Program-made: the position numbers and the translations under genes
Part shown: one piece after another, positions 37,109 through 46,934 of the stretch
How the letters are laid out: each line of letters opens with the position of its first letter
Position numbering within the stretch: position 1 is the first letter of the stretch
Source: Parcubacteria group bacterium
Lineage (GTDB): Bacteria > Patescibacteriota > Minisyncoccia > Moranbacterales > UBA2206
Direction: 5' to 3'
Length of the DNA stretch: 64,000 nucleotides
Assembly (NCBI GenBank): GCA_041659505.1
Contig: JBAZYF010000001.1
Location: 253,274 to 317,273 of the forward strand
Notes under the pieces: model-generated
The model's input: the letters and a program-made list of their open reading frames with translations, nothing else
What the model was told of the DNA's origin: nothing
Database searches by the model: none

Positions 37109-38947
37109 ATGTGTGGAATCATCGGTTACATTGGCAAGCAAAAAGCGGCGCCCATTCTTTTGGAAGGACTACGCCAATTGGAATATCGCGGCTATGACAG
37201 TGCGGGAATTTCTGTCATTGAAAACGACAAAATAAAAACCATAAAAGCCGCAGGAAAAGTTGTCGCGCTTACCCAAAAGATGGAAAAACTAGAGCTGAAA
37301 AGTACCGTCGGCATCGCCCATACCCGCTGGGCCACGCACGGAAAACCATGCGATATCAATTCGCACCCACACGGCGACTGTCACGGAGATATTTTCTTGG
37401 TGCACAATGGCATCATTGAAAACTACCAAGAATTGAAAAAAATTCTTCTCAAAAAAAATCACAAATTCACTTCCGAAACCGATTCAGAAATCATTGCCCA
37501 TCTGATTGAAGAGTTTGGCAAAAAAATGGTTTTTAGAAAAGCCGTCTGCGAAGCTTTGAAACTGCTTCGTGGCACCTATGGCCTGGCGATCCTGAGCCGC
37601 AAAGAACCCGACAAACTGATTGTCGCACGCCTCGGCAGTCCCTTGGTTTTGGGCATCGGCAAAGATGAATTCATTGTTGCTTCAGATGTGAGCGCCATTG
37701 TTCGTCACACCAAAAAAGTGATCTACCTTGATGATGGCGAAGTAGCGGAAATTAATCGCACTGATTTTACTATTACTAATGTTAAAAACAAACCGGTGAG
37801 TAAAGAAATTGCCGAGTTAAATTGGACGATAGAAAAATCACAAAAGAACGGCTTTGCGCATTTCATGCTCAAGGAAATTTTTGAACAGCCCGCAGCAATC
37901 CGTAACGGACTGCGTGGCAGAATCGATACTTTTTTACGCGAGAATACGGCGCCGATTCTGGGCGGTTTGCACTCAGTGGAAAGACGCTTGCGCAAAATCA
38001 ATAGAATTATCATCGTCGCTTGCGGCACCTCCTATTATTCCGGACTGGTCGGCGAATATATGCTCGAAGAATATGCCGGCATTCCAACCGAAGTGGAATA
38101 TGCCAGCGAATTTCGTTATCGCAAAATTCTGGTCGATGAAAAAACGGCCGTTATCGCGATTTCCCAATCGGGTGAAACAGCCGATACGCTCGCCGCGATC
38201 CGGGAAGCGAAAAATAAAGGGGCGCTGACTTTGGGAATTGTGAACGTTGTCGGCTCGACTATCGCCCGCGAAACCGAAGCAGGAACATATACACTGTCAG
38301 GTCCGGAGATTGGCGTCGCATCGACCAAAGCTTTCACTTCCCAACTGACCGCCCTCACAATTTGGACACTGATGCTCGGTCGACAACGCGATATGTCCTT
38401 TGTGATGAGCAAAAGAATCGCCCAAGAGCTCAAGAAAATTCCAGAACTGATTGAGAGCATTTTGAAAAAATCAGGAGAAATTAAAAAAATCGCGGACAAA
38501 TACTGCGCGGCGAAAGATTTTCTCTATTTGGGCAGAAAATATAATTTTCCAATCGCGCTGGAAGGAGCATTGAAGATCAAAGAAATTTCCTATGTACATG
38601 CCGAAGGTTATCCCTCAGGAGAAATGAAGCACGGCCCGCTAGCACTCATCGACGAAACTTTTCCGGCAATTTTTATCGCTCCACGTGATAGTGTCTACGA
38701 AAAAAATATCAGCGGGATGATGGAAATCAAGGCTCGTGGCGGACGTATCATTGCCATCGCAAGCCTTGGAGACGAAGAGATCAAAAAAATTGCTGATGAT
38801 GTGATCTATATCCCCAAGACCATCGAGATGCTCACACCATTCCTCGCCATCATTCCTTTGCAACTTTTCGCCTACTACTTCGGCGTCGCCAAAGGATTGG
38901 ATGTCGACAAGCCGAGAAATTTAGCCAAGAGCGTAACCGTGGAATAA
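37109..38947 (+). CDS. glmS: Glutamine--fructose-6-phosphate aminotransferase
   Basis: MCGIIG, LEYRGYDSAG, HTRWATHG, SQSGETADT, EMKHGP, PRNLAKSVTVE. Confidence 0.98.
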   Translation: MCGIIGYIGKQKAAPILLEGLRQLEYRGYDSAGISVIENDKIKTIKAAGKVVALTQKMEKLELKSTVGIAHTRWATHGKPCDINSHPHGDCHGDIFLVHNGIIENYQELKKILLKKNHKFTSETDSEIIAHLIEEFGKKMVFRKAVCEALKLLRGTYGLAILSRKEPDKLIVARLGSPLVLGIGKDEFIVASDVSAIVRHTKKVIYLDDGEVAEINRTDFTITNVKNKPVSKEIAELNWTIEKSQKNGFAHFMLKEIFEQPAAIRNGLRGRIDTFLRENTAPILGGLHSVERRLRKINRIIIVACGTSYYSGLVGEYMLEEYAGIPTEVEYASEFRYRKILVDEKTAVIAISQSGETADTLAAIREAKNKGALTLGIVNVVGSTIARETEAGTYTLSGPEIGVASTKAFTSQLTALTIWTLMLGRQRDMSFVMSKRIAQELKKIPELIESILKKSGEIKKIADKYCAAKDFLYLGRKYNFPIALEGALKIKEISYVHAEGYPSGEMKHGPLALIDETFPAIFIAPRDSVYEKNISGMMEIKARGGRIIAIASLGDEEIKKIADDVIYIPKTIEMLTPFLAIIPLQLFAYYFGVAKGLDVDKPRNLAKSVTVE

Positions 38948-39034
38948 TTTCTGGTCAACCGGAAATTGCTCGCTTTGGCAAAAATTATTCTTTATGCTAA
39001 ACTCTGTTTAGTAATTAATAATTTTAAAAAATAT

Positions 39035-39367
39035 ATGAATCTTGAAGGAAAAGTTTATGGGTATGAAAAAAAAGTGCTCGCCGTTATTGTGCTAGTTGTC
39101 TTTGTAGCGGGGGCAATGTTTTATGCCGGTGCAAAGTATGAAAAAAGAAAATTAGATAAATTGGGACTTTTGAGAAATGCTCCGGCCAAAACAGCCAAAA
39201 AGAAAGAGGCCCCAAAGAATCCACCAGCTGAAAATGCCACACCAGAAGATAATTCCACTACTCCAAACAAGCAGGACAACACAGCCCCAGCCGCGCCTGA
39301 AGCAAATCCGGGAGCTCCAAAAGCGCCAACTGCAACTACTCCAGCCACCATGCCAGTACAAAACTAG
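39035..39367 (+). CDS. Small membrane-anchored protein with P/A/T-rich tail
   Basis: Single TM ending FYAGAKY, low-complexity C-terminus. Confidence 0.6.
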   Translation: MNLEGKVYGYEKKVLAVIVLVVFVAGAMFYAGAKYEKRKLDKLGLLRNAPAKTAKKKEAPKNPPAENATPEDNSTTPNKQDNTAPAAPEANPGAPKAPTATTPATMPVQN

Positions 39368-39497
39368 ATTCTGTTATAACTTACTTAAAAAAACTACGAC
39401 CAATCGGTCGTAGTTTTTGTTTGCCCTTGCGCTCTTCCCTTTTTGGGAAATATGGTATAGAATAAAAACTCGAGTAATTTAAGTTAATTTTTGTCTT

Positions 39498-40949
39498 ATG
39501 TCAGCAAACGAGCTAGCAATCAGGTTTAATGAGGTTTCCTTTGAATTTGCTAAAAACAAAGTCATCCTGGATGATGCTTCTTTTTCTTTGCGCCAAGGAG
39601 CAAAAGTGACTTTAATGGGTCAAAACGGTGCGGGGAAAACCACGCTATTGGAACTGATCACGGGAAGCCTGAAACCCAAATCCGGCACGATCCATCTGGC
39701 CAAAAATCTCACCATTGCCTATGCCAAACAAGTCATTCCGCGCGAAGAATTGGAACTCACTGTCACGGAGTTTTTTGCTAAACGTTTTTCGGAAAAAATC
39801 TATAACCTCTCTCCGCGCATCGACAAAGTTTTGGACGTGGTCAACCTCAAAGCACCGCATGACCGAGTGGTCAAATCTTTTTCCGGTGGCCAGCAAGCGC
39901 GCCTACTCCTCGCCTCCGCGCTCATCACTGATCCAGATCTTTTGATCCTCGACGAACCGACCAACAATCTTGATCCGGCCGGCATCATGCATCTCACGCA
40001 GTTTTTGATCGATTATAACAAAACATGTCTCGTCATTTCCCATGACGCCGATTTTCTCAATTCCTTCACTGATGGCGTGCTGTATCTTGATATTTTTAAT
40101 CACAAAACACAACAGTATCAAGGCGACTATTATTCCGTCGTGGAAGAAATTGCCGCGCAGATTGAAAAAGAAAAACGCAAAAATGCCCAATATGAAAAAG
40201 AAATTATTGCTAACAAGGAAAAGGCCAACTTCTTCGCCAACAAAGGTGGCAAGATGCGTCTCGTTGCTCGGCGGATGCGTGACAAAGCGGCTGAAATGGA
40301 AGAAGCCAAAGTGGACGTCAGAAGAGAAGACAAAGCCATCAGAGAATTTGAAATCCCCTGCCAGACGGAACTGGGCGGAGAAATTCTCCACATCGATTCG
40401 GTCACGATCGTGAAAAATTACGAACCGACAGAAAAAAATGTCAATGTATCTCTGCGCAAAAACGAGCACCTTTTGCTTTCCGGACCAAACGGCATCGGCA
40501 AAAGCACTCTACTTGAATCGATTGCTAAGCAGGAAACGCTGAGCGCCAAAATTGCCGAAGGTGTGCGCGTCGGCTATTATCGCCAAGATTTTTCCACGCT
40601 TAATTTTGAAGACACGGTCTATGATTCATTGCTCTCTGTGATGCTTTTAAAAGACGAAGAAAAGATGCGTTCTGTCGCCTCTGGATTTCTCATTACCAAA
40701 GATCTAGTTTACTCTAAAATCGGCAGTCTTTCGGAAGGTCAAAAAGGTTTGGTCGCTTTTGCCCAATTAGTACTTCTGGAACCAGGGCTCCTAATTCTTG
40801 ACGAGCCAACCAATCACATCAATTTTCGCCATCTGCCAATCATCGCTAAAGCGCTGGATGAGTACAAAGGCGCGATGGTTTTGGTTAGTCATGTGCCGGA
40901 CTTTGTGATGCAAATCAGGATTGACGAAGTGCTGGATCTGGAAAGATAG
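39498..40949 (+). CDS. ABC-F family ATPase
   Basis: Two NBDs (GQNGAGKT, FSGGQ, LDEPTNNLD; GPNGIGKS, LDEPTNH) and no TM domain. Confidence 0.92.
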   Translation: MSANELAIRFNEVSFEFAKNKVILDDASFSLRQGAKVTLMGQNGAGKTTLLELITGSLKPKSGTIHLAKNLTIAYAKQVIPREELELTVTEFFAKRFSEKIYNLSPRIDKVLDVVNLKAPHDRVVKSFSGGQQARLLLASALITDPDLLILDEPTNNLDPAGIMHLTQFLIDYNKTCLVISHDADFLNSFTDGVLYLDIFNHKTQQYQGDYYSVVEEIAAQIEKEKRKNAQYEKEIIANKEKANFFANKGGKMRLVARRMRDKAAEMEEAKVDVRREDKAIREFEIPCQTELGGEILHIDSVTIVKNYEPTEKNVNVSLRKNEHLLLSGPNGIGKSTLLESIAKQETLSAKIAEGVRVGYYRQDFSTLNFEDTVYDSLLSVMLLKDEEKMRSVASGFLITKDLVYSKIGSLSEGQKGLVAFAQLVLLEPGLLILDEPTNHINFRHLPIIAKALDEYKGAMVLVSHVPDFVMQIRIDEVLDLER

Positions 40950-41015
40950 TTTTGTTTTTTATTTTGACTTTTTATGCTAAGCTGGAAGTATTAATCTAAC
41001 ATATTCACGTGGATT

Positions 41016-42137
41016 ATGATTATCCTCCAAATCATCTTTTTTCTTTCCTTGGCTGTCGTTATTCTTTTTGGTTCGCACTATTTTCTCTATACTTCACTCA
41101 TCAAGTTTTTTCCTTTTTTTAGTAGCCATAAGCTGGGTCTAATCATCACCCTGAGCATCTTGGCGCTCAGTTTTTTTCTCACTTCCTATTTTGCCCATCA
41201 ACGCGAAGATCTAATTACTCGCATCAGCTATTTCCTGTCTGGTTTTTGGCTAGGACTACTTGCTAATCTGACGCTAGCGCTCATACTGATTTGGCTTTTG
41301 CATTGGATCTTCCAATTTGCCAACATTACCTTTGACATCTCAATGACGGCGGCGATTTTTCTTGGCGTGGCTCTTGTAGTTTCGGTCGTGGGAGCGTGGG
41401 ACGCTTTTCAGCCGAGGATAAAAAACATCGCGGTTACCATTCCCAATCTACCACCCAATTGGCAAAACAAAAAAATCGTCCAGCTGTCCGATGTGCATCT
41501 AGGACTAATCTATCAAAAAGATTTCTTGGAAAAAATTGTTGCTTTGACTAATTCAGTCAATCCCGAATTAGTCGTGATTACCGGTGACCTGTTTGACGGT
41601 ACGGACAATACGGATCTGGATGCGCTAACTGTTCCACTCAATCATCTCAAGCCCAAACGGGGCGTCTTTTTCGTGAACGGCAACCACGAGACCTATCTTG
41701 GGACAGACATTGCAGATAAAGCTCTCCAAAAAACGCAAGTGAAAATTCTCGACGATCAGGTAGTGGATATCAACGGTCTCAAACTGATCGGCCTGAGTTA
41801 TCCTGAGCGTGATCTGAAAAAAGACGTTGTCGCTACACTATCCCAGCTGAAGCCTCAATTTTTCGACTCACCCAACATTCTGCTTTATCACGCCCCAACT
41901 AACATCGAAGCCTTTGCTAATAACGGCGTCAATCTGCAATTGTCCGGCCACACCCATCTGGGACAACTTTTTCCTTTCAATTTTATTACCAAGTTGATTT
42001 ATCACGGCTATGATTATGGCCTGCACACGATCGGAGATTATACACTCTACACAACAAGTGGCATCGGCACCTGGGGACCAACTATGCGGACTGATAGTCG
42101 ACCGGAAATTGTGGTGATCACACTTGAGAAAAAATAA
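41016..42137 (+). CDS. Membrane-anchored metallophosphoesterase (YkuE/YaeI-like)
   Basis: SDVHLG, GDLFD, GNHE, LSGHTH.GQ. Confidence 0.92.
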   Translation: MIILQIIFFLSLAVVILFGSHYFLYTSLIKFFPFFSSHKLGLIITLSILALSFFLTSYFAHQREDLITRISYFLSGFWLGLLANLTLALILIWLLHWIFQFANITFDISMTAAIFLGVALVVSVVGAWDAFQPRIKNIAVTIPNLPPNWQNKKIVQLSDVHLGLIYQKDFLEKIVALTNSVNPELVVITGDLFDGTDNTDLDALTVPLNHLKPKRGVFFVNGNHETYLGTDIADKALQKTQVKILDDQVVDINGLKLIGLSYPERDLKKDVVATLSQLKPQFFDSPNILLYHAPTNIEAFANNGVNLQLSGHTHLGQLFPFNFITKLIYHGYDYGLHTIGDYTLYTTSGIGTWGPTMRTDSRPEIVVITLEKK

Positions 42138-42346
42138 TTTTTGCTAATTTTTCTTGCCTCGCTCTTTTTTTTCTGTTAGAATAATTTTAGACCAACCGAA
42201 AGAAAAAAGTTATGCAATTTTCCCGAAAAAATAAACTGATTTTCCAAGCACTGGCTGAGCTGGTAATGTTTTACAATGCAGATTGATAATTTTCCAAAGC
42301 GCCTTATGGCGTTTTTTAATAACCACTCACGGGATAAAATAAAAAT

Positions 42347-43024
42347 ATGGCTGATAGCACAAACCAAATTGATTTACCAGAAGAACAATCAACCAAATCC
42401 GGAAAAATATTCTTTCTGGTTTTTGGCTTACTCATCGCCGGATCGGTGTTCGCTACTTATTTACGCATAATGGTCCAAAAAAACTATACCATCGAAGCTC
42501 AGACGGAGTGCGACCCCTATACGCAAAAATGTTTCGCTTGGTTTTGTGATCCGGCATCGGACGTAGACGGAGAAGCATGCACCGGCGACCCCGACAATGA
42601 TAATTGGTACTATAAACTTTCCAAAAGAAACGCTTCGAAAATTCCCCTTTGCGATCCGGTCACCGACGAAACTTGCCAGCCGATGCTTTGCGACCCAGGA
42701 GAAAAAGATTGCGAAGACATTTATTGCAACGAAGAAAATAAAATTGAGCAAGAAGTGGAATGCAGTGATCCGGAAGAATATACTAAAAATAATCCACCAG
42801 AAGAGGAAGACGCGATAGACGAATCAACTGAAACTTGCGCGTCAGATGATGCGGAGTGTCAAGCGAATGAGACAATTCCATCTACTGACGAAACAATCCC
42901 GCCTACTGATGAAGTAAATACAGCCACTGATAGCTCATGCACACCTGGTGATCCAGCTTGTCAGACTGCTCCAGCTCAACCAAACACAACCAACCCCGAG
43001 CCAACCGTTTTTCCTGCAAATTAG
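42347..43024 (+). CDS. Cys-rich acidic membrane-anchored surface protein
   Basis: One TM, many Cys in CDP motifs, D/E-rich tail with ETIP.TD repeats. Confidence 0.6.
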   Translation: MADSTNQIDLPEEQSTKSGKIFFLVFGLLIAGSVFATYLRIMVQKNYTIEAQTECDPYTQKCFAWFCDPASDVDGEACTGDPDNDNWYYKLSKRNASKIPLCDPVTDETCQPMLCDPGEKDCEDIYCNEENKIEQEVECSDPEEYTKNNPPEEEDAIDESTETCASDDAECQANETIPSTDETIPPTDEVNTATDSSCTPGDPACQTAPAQPNTTNPEPTVFPAN

Positions 43025-43101
43025 TCGATTAATGTTTGACTTTAATATGCAATAAAAAGAGAAATCGTCACTTGTTTCTCTTTTCTTTTTTTGAAACTGC
43101 A

Positions 43102-43626
43102 ATGACAATTTTTTGGGCAATTCTACAACTCGCGCTTATCATCTTAATCGTCCCACTGACACTCTATGGTTTTATCATCGGCGCGCCGATCTTTTTTTCG
43201 CCCAAAAAAGGCATCGGAGAAATTCTCGCTGAGTGCCATGTTAAACCGGGAGAAAAATTCTATGACCTGGGCGCCGGCAACGGTCGAGCAATGATTCTCG
43301 CGGCCAAAAAATTTAACCTGGACGTCTATGGTTTTGAATTATCACCGCTTTTAGTCTTAATCGCTAAACTTAATTTATTACTTTGCGGAGTAAAAAAATC
43401 CACCATCTATCTCAAAAATTTATATAACGAAGATCTGAGTAATGCCGACATCATTTTTTGCTTTCTCACTCCCAAAGCGATGGAGCGCCTCCGACCAAAA
43501 TTTGAAAAAGAGTTGAGGCCTGGCACAAGAATAATTTCCTATGCCTTTCCACTCAAAGACTGGCAACCAAAAAAAATCATCCGCAATGGTTATCCGGGGA
43601 ATATGTATCTCTACGAAAAAAGCTAG
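43102..43626 (+). CDS. Class I SAM-dependent methyltransferase
   Basis: YDLGAGNGR, GFELSP, AD..F.FL, KFEKEL.PG.RIIS..F. Confidence 0.85.
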   Translation: MTIFWAILQLALIILIVPLTLYGFIIGAPIFFSPKKGIGEILAECHVKPGEKFYDLGAGNGRAMILAAKKFNLDVYGFELSPLLVLIAKLNLLLCGVKKSTIYLKNLYNEDLSNADIIFCFLTPKAMERLRPKFEKELRPGTRIISYAFPLKDWQPKKIIRNGYPGNMYLYEKS

Positions 43627-43714
43627 AAGCTTTTTTCATTGACAGTCCGCCAATTTTCCGCTAAACTGCCAAATCATTTCAAACTTAAAAAATTCTAATT
43701 CATTTCAAACTATT

Positions 43715-44713
43715 ATGGACAACACCGCTGCTTTTCTTGCCAATCACTGGATCCTCATTGCATTCATGGCGCCATTATTTTGGTCGCTGGTGAATATCAT
43801 TGATGTCTATTTCGTCGATGGCATCTACAAAGATGAGCTTGATGGTTCAATCATCTCCGGACTTTTCCAAATCATCCCCTGGTTCATTCTCATCTTTCTT
43901 GTCGACATCAGATTGGTGGATATATTCAATCCCCAAGATCCTAATACTTTTTTCTTCATAGATAATACCCTACTTCTATCTCTTTTTGGCGGTATCGTAT
44001 ATGTTTTGGGAATTTATTTCTATTTCAAAGCTCTTTTCAACTCTAATGACGCGCCACTTTTGCAGATTCTCGCCAATATGGCCGTGATCGCCGTTCCCCT
44101 TTTTTCATTTCTCCTCTTCAGGGAGCAGCTACCGCTTTCCGGCTACACTGGGATGCTCATCACTTTTTGTGGCGCCACTGTCCTCTCTTTCAATCCGCAT
44201 CTGCGAAAAAAACTTTCCGGTAAATATTTCAAAATAATGCTCGGCGCCGTGCTTTTGATGTCACTTAGCATGGTGATTGAAAATCACGCTTATGGCCTCC
44301 TGGAGAATTCCTATGGGGCAAGAAGTTTTTGGTTGGGCTTTCTTTTTTTCAGTCTCGGCGCCTTTCTGGGCGCGCTGCTCCTGGCGATCTATGCTAAACG
44401 AAATCCACTGCCCACAATCAGGAAATATTATGGCATCTTTTTTATCGGCGAAGGTCTGTATTTTTTGGGCAATTTCGCTTCCCAAAAGGCCATCTCAATC
44501 GCCCCTTCCGTCTCATATGTCGCCCTGATCGAAACTTTCGGTCCAGTTTTCATCATGGCATATAGCCTCCTCATCATCTTTTTCTCTTCTTTTCTCCTGC
44601 ACAAAAAAACCGCGGCCGTGAAAAGGATCTATTCTGAGCAGATCGGCGGAATTTGGGTAAAAGTTTTGGCAACAGTAATCATGGCGGTTGGTGTTTATGT
44701 CATCAGCTCCTAG
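43715..44713 (+). CDS. EamA/DMT-type transporter
   Basis: About 10 TM helices in two repeats; YF.AL, S.LLF.E.L. Confidence 0.7.
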   Translation: MDNTAAFLANHWILIAFMAPLFWSLVNIIDVYFVDGIYKDELDGSIISGLFQIIPWFILIFLVDIRLVDIFNPQDPNTFFFIDNTLLLSLFGGIVYVLGIYFYFKALFNSNDAPLLQILANMAVIAVPLFSFLLFREQLPLSGYTGMLITFCGATVLSFNPHLRKKLSGKYFKIMLGAVLLMSLSMVIENHAYGLLENSYGARSFWLGFLFFSLGAFLGALLLAIYAKRNPLPTIRKYYGIFFIGEGLYFLGNFASQKAISIAPSVSYVALIETFGPVFIMAYSLLIIFFSSFLLHKKTAAVKRIYSEQIGGIWVKVLATVIMAVGVYVISS

Positions 44714-44725
44714 TTACAAAAATCC

Positions 44726-44912
44726 TTGACAAATAGATACGACTAAGCTACATTTGATTTATTAAAATATAGGATATGAATTTTTCACACCAAACAATCT
44801 CAATCCGTCGTCATAGACTTTCAAGAAATTACTTGAGGTTGTTTGAGAGTGCTCACATTGAATAATCAGCTACTTTGAACTCTTACATGCAGCCTCAAGT
44901 GAGGCTGTTTTT
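44726..44912 (+). promoter_or_regulatory. Promoter plus leader-peptide attenuator (Arg-rich)
   Basis: TTGACA(44726)-17-TACATT; 1:2 stem caaacaatctcaa/ttgaggttgtttg; 2:3 acttgaggttg/cagcctcaagt; 3:4 terminator cagcctc-aagt-gaggctg-TTTTT. Confidence 0.8.
44776..44865 (+). CDS. Attenuator leader peptide MNFSHQTISIRRHRLSRNYLRLFESAHIE
   Basis: Own translation; AGGA SD; five Arg codons, four of them in the 1:2 loop. Confidence 0.75.
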   Translation: MNFSHQTISIRRHRLSRNYLRLFESAHIE

Positions 44913-44958
44913 GTTCTTTTACCCAAACAACACATAACCCCAAGAAAGGAGGACTCTA

Positions 44959-45456
44959 ATGACAGTTTCCATAGAAAGTTGGGAAAAATTGGCAAAAGCT
45001 TTGCAAAAAGAAGCTACAATTATGGGCTATCGGAATACGGCGAAAAATCTCTCCGACCTATATCTGGAAGATTTGGCCGTTATTAAACAAAACCGGATTG
45101 GCGATATCATAACTTTTGGTGGATTATGGTCGACAACGGAAGAAAAATGCCTCGAGGCGGGATCATTTTGGGTCCATCCGGAATATCGGAATAAAAAACA
45201 TTCCTCTTGGATGTTTCAACGATTGTCTGAAAAAATTCCAACTGGCTATCTTGCAATGTGTATTACCCATGTCGATAAAGTGGCCCACTTAGTGATCAAA
45301 TCCGGTTGGTCAGAGTCAAGCAAGGAAAATTGGCATAGTGCCGTTCCTTTCGCCGCTTCATGTGGCCCTTGCGATGTGGTTGCAGATAACGAAAAAATGA
45401 CCTGCCCCCACATGGCGACAAAAAGTTTGTGTAGAATGTTCTATAAAATTGGATAA
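44959..45456 (+). CDS. GNAT acetyltransferase (possibly ArgA-like)
   Basis: E.GS.WVHPEYR..K motif A; C-terminal CxxC...C...C; strong SD; context next to an ArgE-like gene. Confidence 0.65.
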   Translation: MTVSIESWEKLAKALQKEATIMGYRNTAKNLSDLYLEDLAVIKQNRIGDIITFGGLWSTTEEKCLEAGSFWVHPEYRNKKHSSWMFQRLSEKIPTGYLAMCITHVDKVAHLVIKSGWSESSKENWHSAVPFAASCGPCDVVADNEKMTCPHMATKSLCRMFYKIG

Positions 45457-45518
45457 ATCATCCGGGCGGGTATCTAAAAAATTAGATACCCGCCAAACTA
45501 AACTAACCAAAAAAATTT

Positions 45519-46442
45519 ATGACAACTATTGAAAAATTATTGATAGAAATGCTCAAAATCGACTCCGTTTCCGGAAATGAAAAGGATCTTGGTAATCTTA
45601 TTGTACAAAAATTAGAAGGTTTTAAGATAAAAAAACAATTTATCGGAAAGGGAAGGTTTAATATCATCGCCAAAAAAGGAAACTCTGATGTATGGCTGGT
45701 CGGGCATCTTGATACGGTGCCTGGAGCAGTGCCGATCAGAATAACAAAAGAAAAAATTTATGGCCGTGGCGCTTGTGATAATAAGGGTAATCTGGCGGGA
45801 GCGATCCTGGTGGGGAAGAAATTAAAAAACATCAACCTCCTATTCACTGTTGGAGAAGAGGTAGATTTCGCCGGAGCGGAAAAGGTCAAGATAAAGGGAT
45901 CTAAAATTATTGTTTTGGAGCCAACTATGCTAAAAGTTATGACGGGACAATTAGGGATAATCGCCTACTCGATCAGCACCAAAGGAAAAGAAAAACACAC
46001 ATCATTGCCCTTCACTGATAAAGAAAATGCCATCCATGAGCAGATAAAAATATGCAATTATTTGAGAGAGAAAAACTTCAATGCTTTCAATGTAGGGAAA
46101 ATAAGCGGTGGCTTAGCAGATAATATTGTCGCCGGAAACTCCGTGATGGATATTTCCCTGCGACCAAAAGATGGAAAAGAATACGCCCAAGCACTAAGCA
46201 TCTTCAAATCGCTACCGAAAAATTTCAACTGCAAAGTGAAATTAAAACACAAGTATGCACCATTTTTCACCAATTTAACCGTCAAAGGAGAAACAGCGCA
46301 ATTTTTTTCCGAAATGCAATTTTTCAAAAATAGCCTCCTGTTTGGTGCGGGAAATATCAAGCAAGCGCACGCTAACGATGAATATGTTTCAAGATCACAG
46401 CTGAACTCTCTTGAAAGAGAGCTATTGAAAATTATTCCATGA
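45519..46442 (+). CDS. M20 family metallo-hydrolase (ArgE/DapE-like)
   Basis: S.SG.E, GHLDTVP, YGRGACD.KG, GEE...GA, EPT, G...H, AH..DE. Confidence 0.88.
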   Translation: MTTIEKLLIEMLKIDSVSGNEKDLGNLIVQKLEGFKIKKQFIGKGRFNIIAKKGNSDVWLVGHLDTVPGAVPIRITKEKIYGRGACDNKGNLAGAILVGKKLKNINLLFTVGEEVDFAGAEKVKIKGSKIIVLEPTMLKVMTGQLGIIAYSISTKGKEKHTSLPFTDKENAIHEQIKICNYLREKNFNAFNVGKISGGLADNIVAGNSVMDISLRPKDGKEYAQALSIFKSLPKNFNCKVKLKHKYAPFFTNLTVKGETAQFFSEMQFFKNSLLFGAGNIKQAHANDEYVSRSQLNSLERELLKIIP

Positions 46443-46448
46443 TTTTTC

Positions 46449-46631
46449 TTGCCCCACCTGCTTTTCTTTGTTATACTAAAATTACCATAAAAAAATCAAG
46501 AATCATATGAAAACCTTTGGACAAGATACTGATCAAGCACGGATAGTTTTTAAATCATCGGCTAGGTCGATGGAAATAGCTTGCGTTTCAAATTAAATAT
46601 TGTCTCCCAACGCCCATTGTGGCGTTTTTTT
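46449..46631 (+). promoter_or_regulatory. Promoter, short ORF (46507-46596) and terminator unit
   Basis: TTGCCC-17-TATACT; MKTFGQDTDQARIVFKSSARSMEIACVSN*; aacgcc-cattgt-ggcgtt-TTTTT. Confidence 0.5.
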
Positions 46632-46677
46632 GTCGCCCGAAGCGGAATTTGCCCAAAATAAAGGCATTCCTCCGCCA

Positions 46678-46875
46678 TTGACAAACCCATTATTTTGTGC
46701 TAGGCTGGTAAGTTACTTTAGTCATGAAAAAACTAAGCTCTATGCCAAGAATGAAAAAAGAATTATTTCAGACAATTACCAATTATGCTTTTTCTCCAGA
46801 GAAAGCCGAGCTATTTTTTATTTTTTCTGCCAATAGTTAGTGTTCTTCTGGGGACGGCGTGCGCCGTCCTTTTTT
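46678..46875 (+). promoter_or_regulatory. Promoter, short ORF (46724-46840) and terminator upstream of the PurD-like gene
   Basis: TTGACA-17-TAGGCT; MKKLSSMPRMKKELFQTITNYAFSPEKAELFFIFSANS*; ggacggc-gtgc-gccgtcc-TTTTTT. Confidence 0.55.
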
Positions 46876-46934
46876 GTACGTTTATATCCTATTGTGTCAC
46901 TGATAAATTAAAATAATTAATTAATTTTCTATTT

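Noticed and set aside
41001-41014. parS-like ttcacgtgga
   Set aside because: Only the core matches; the flanks of the 16-bp parS palindrome are absent
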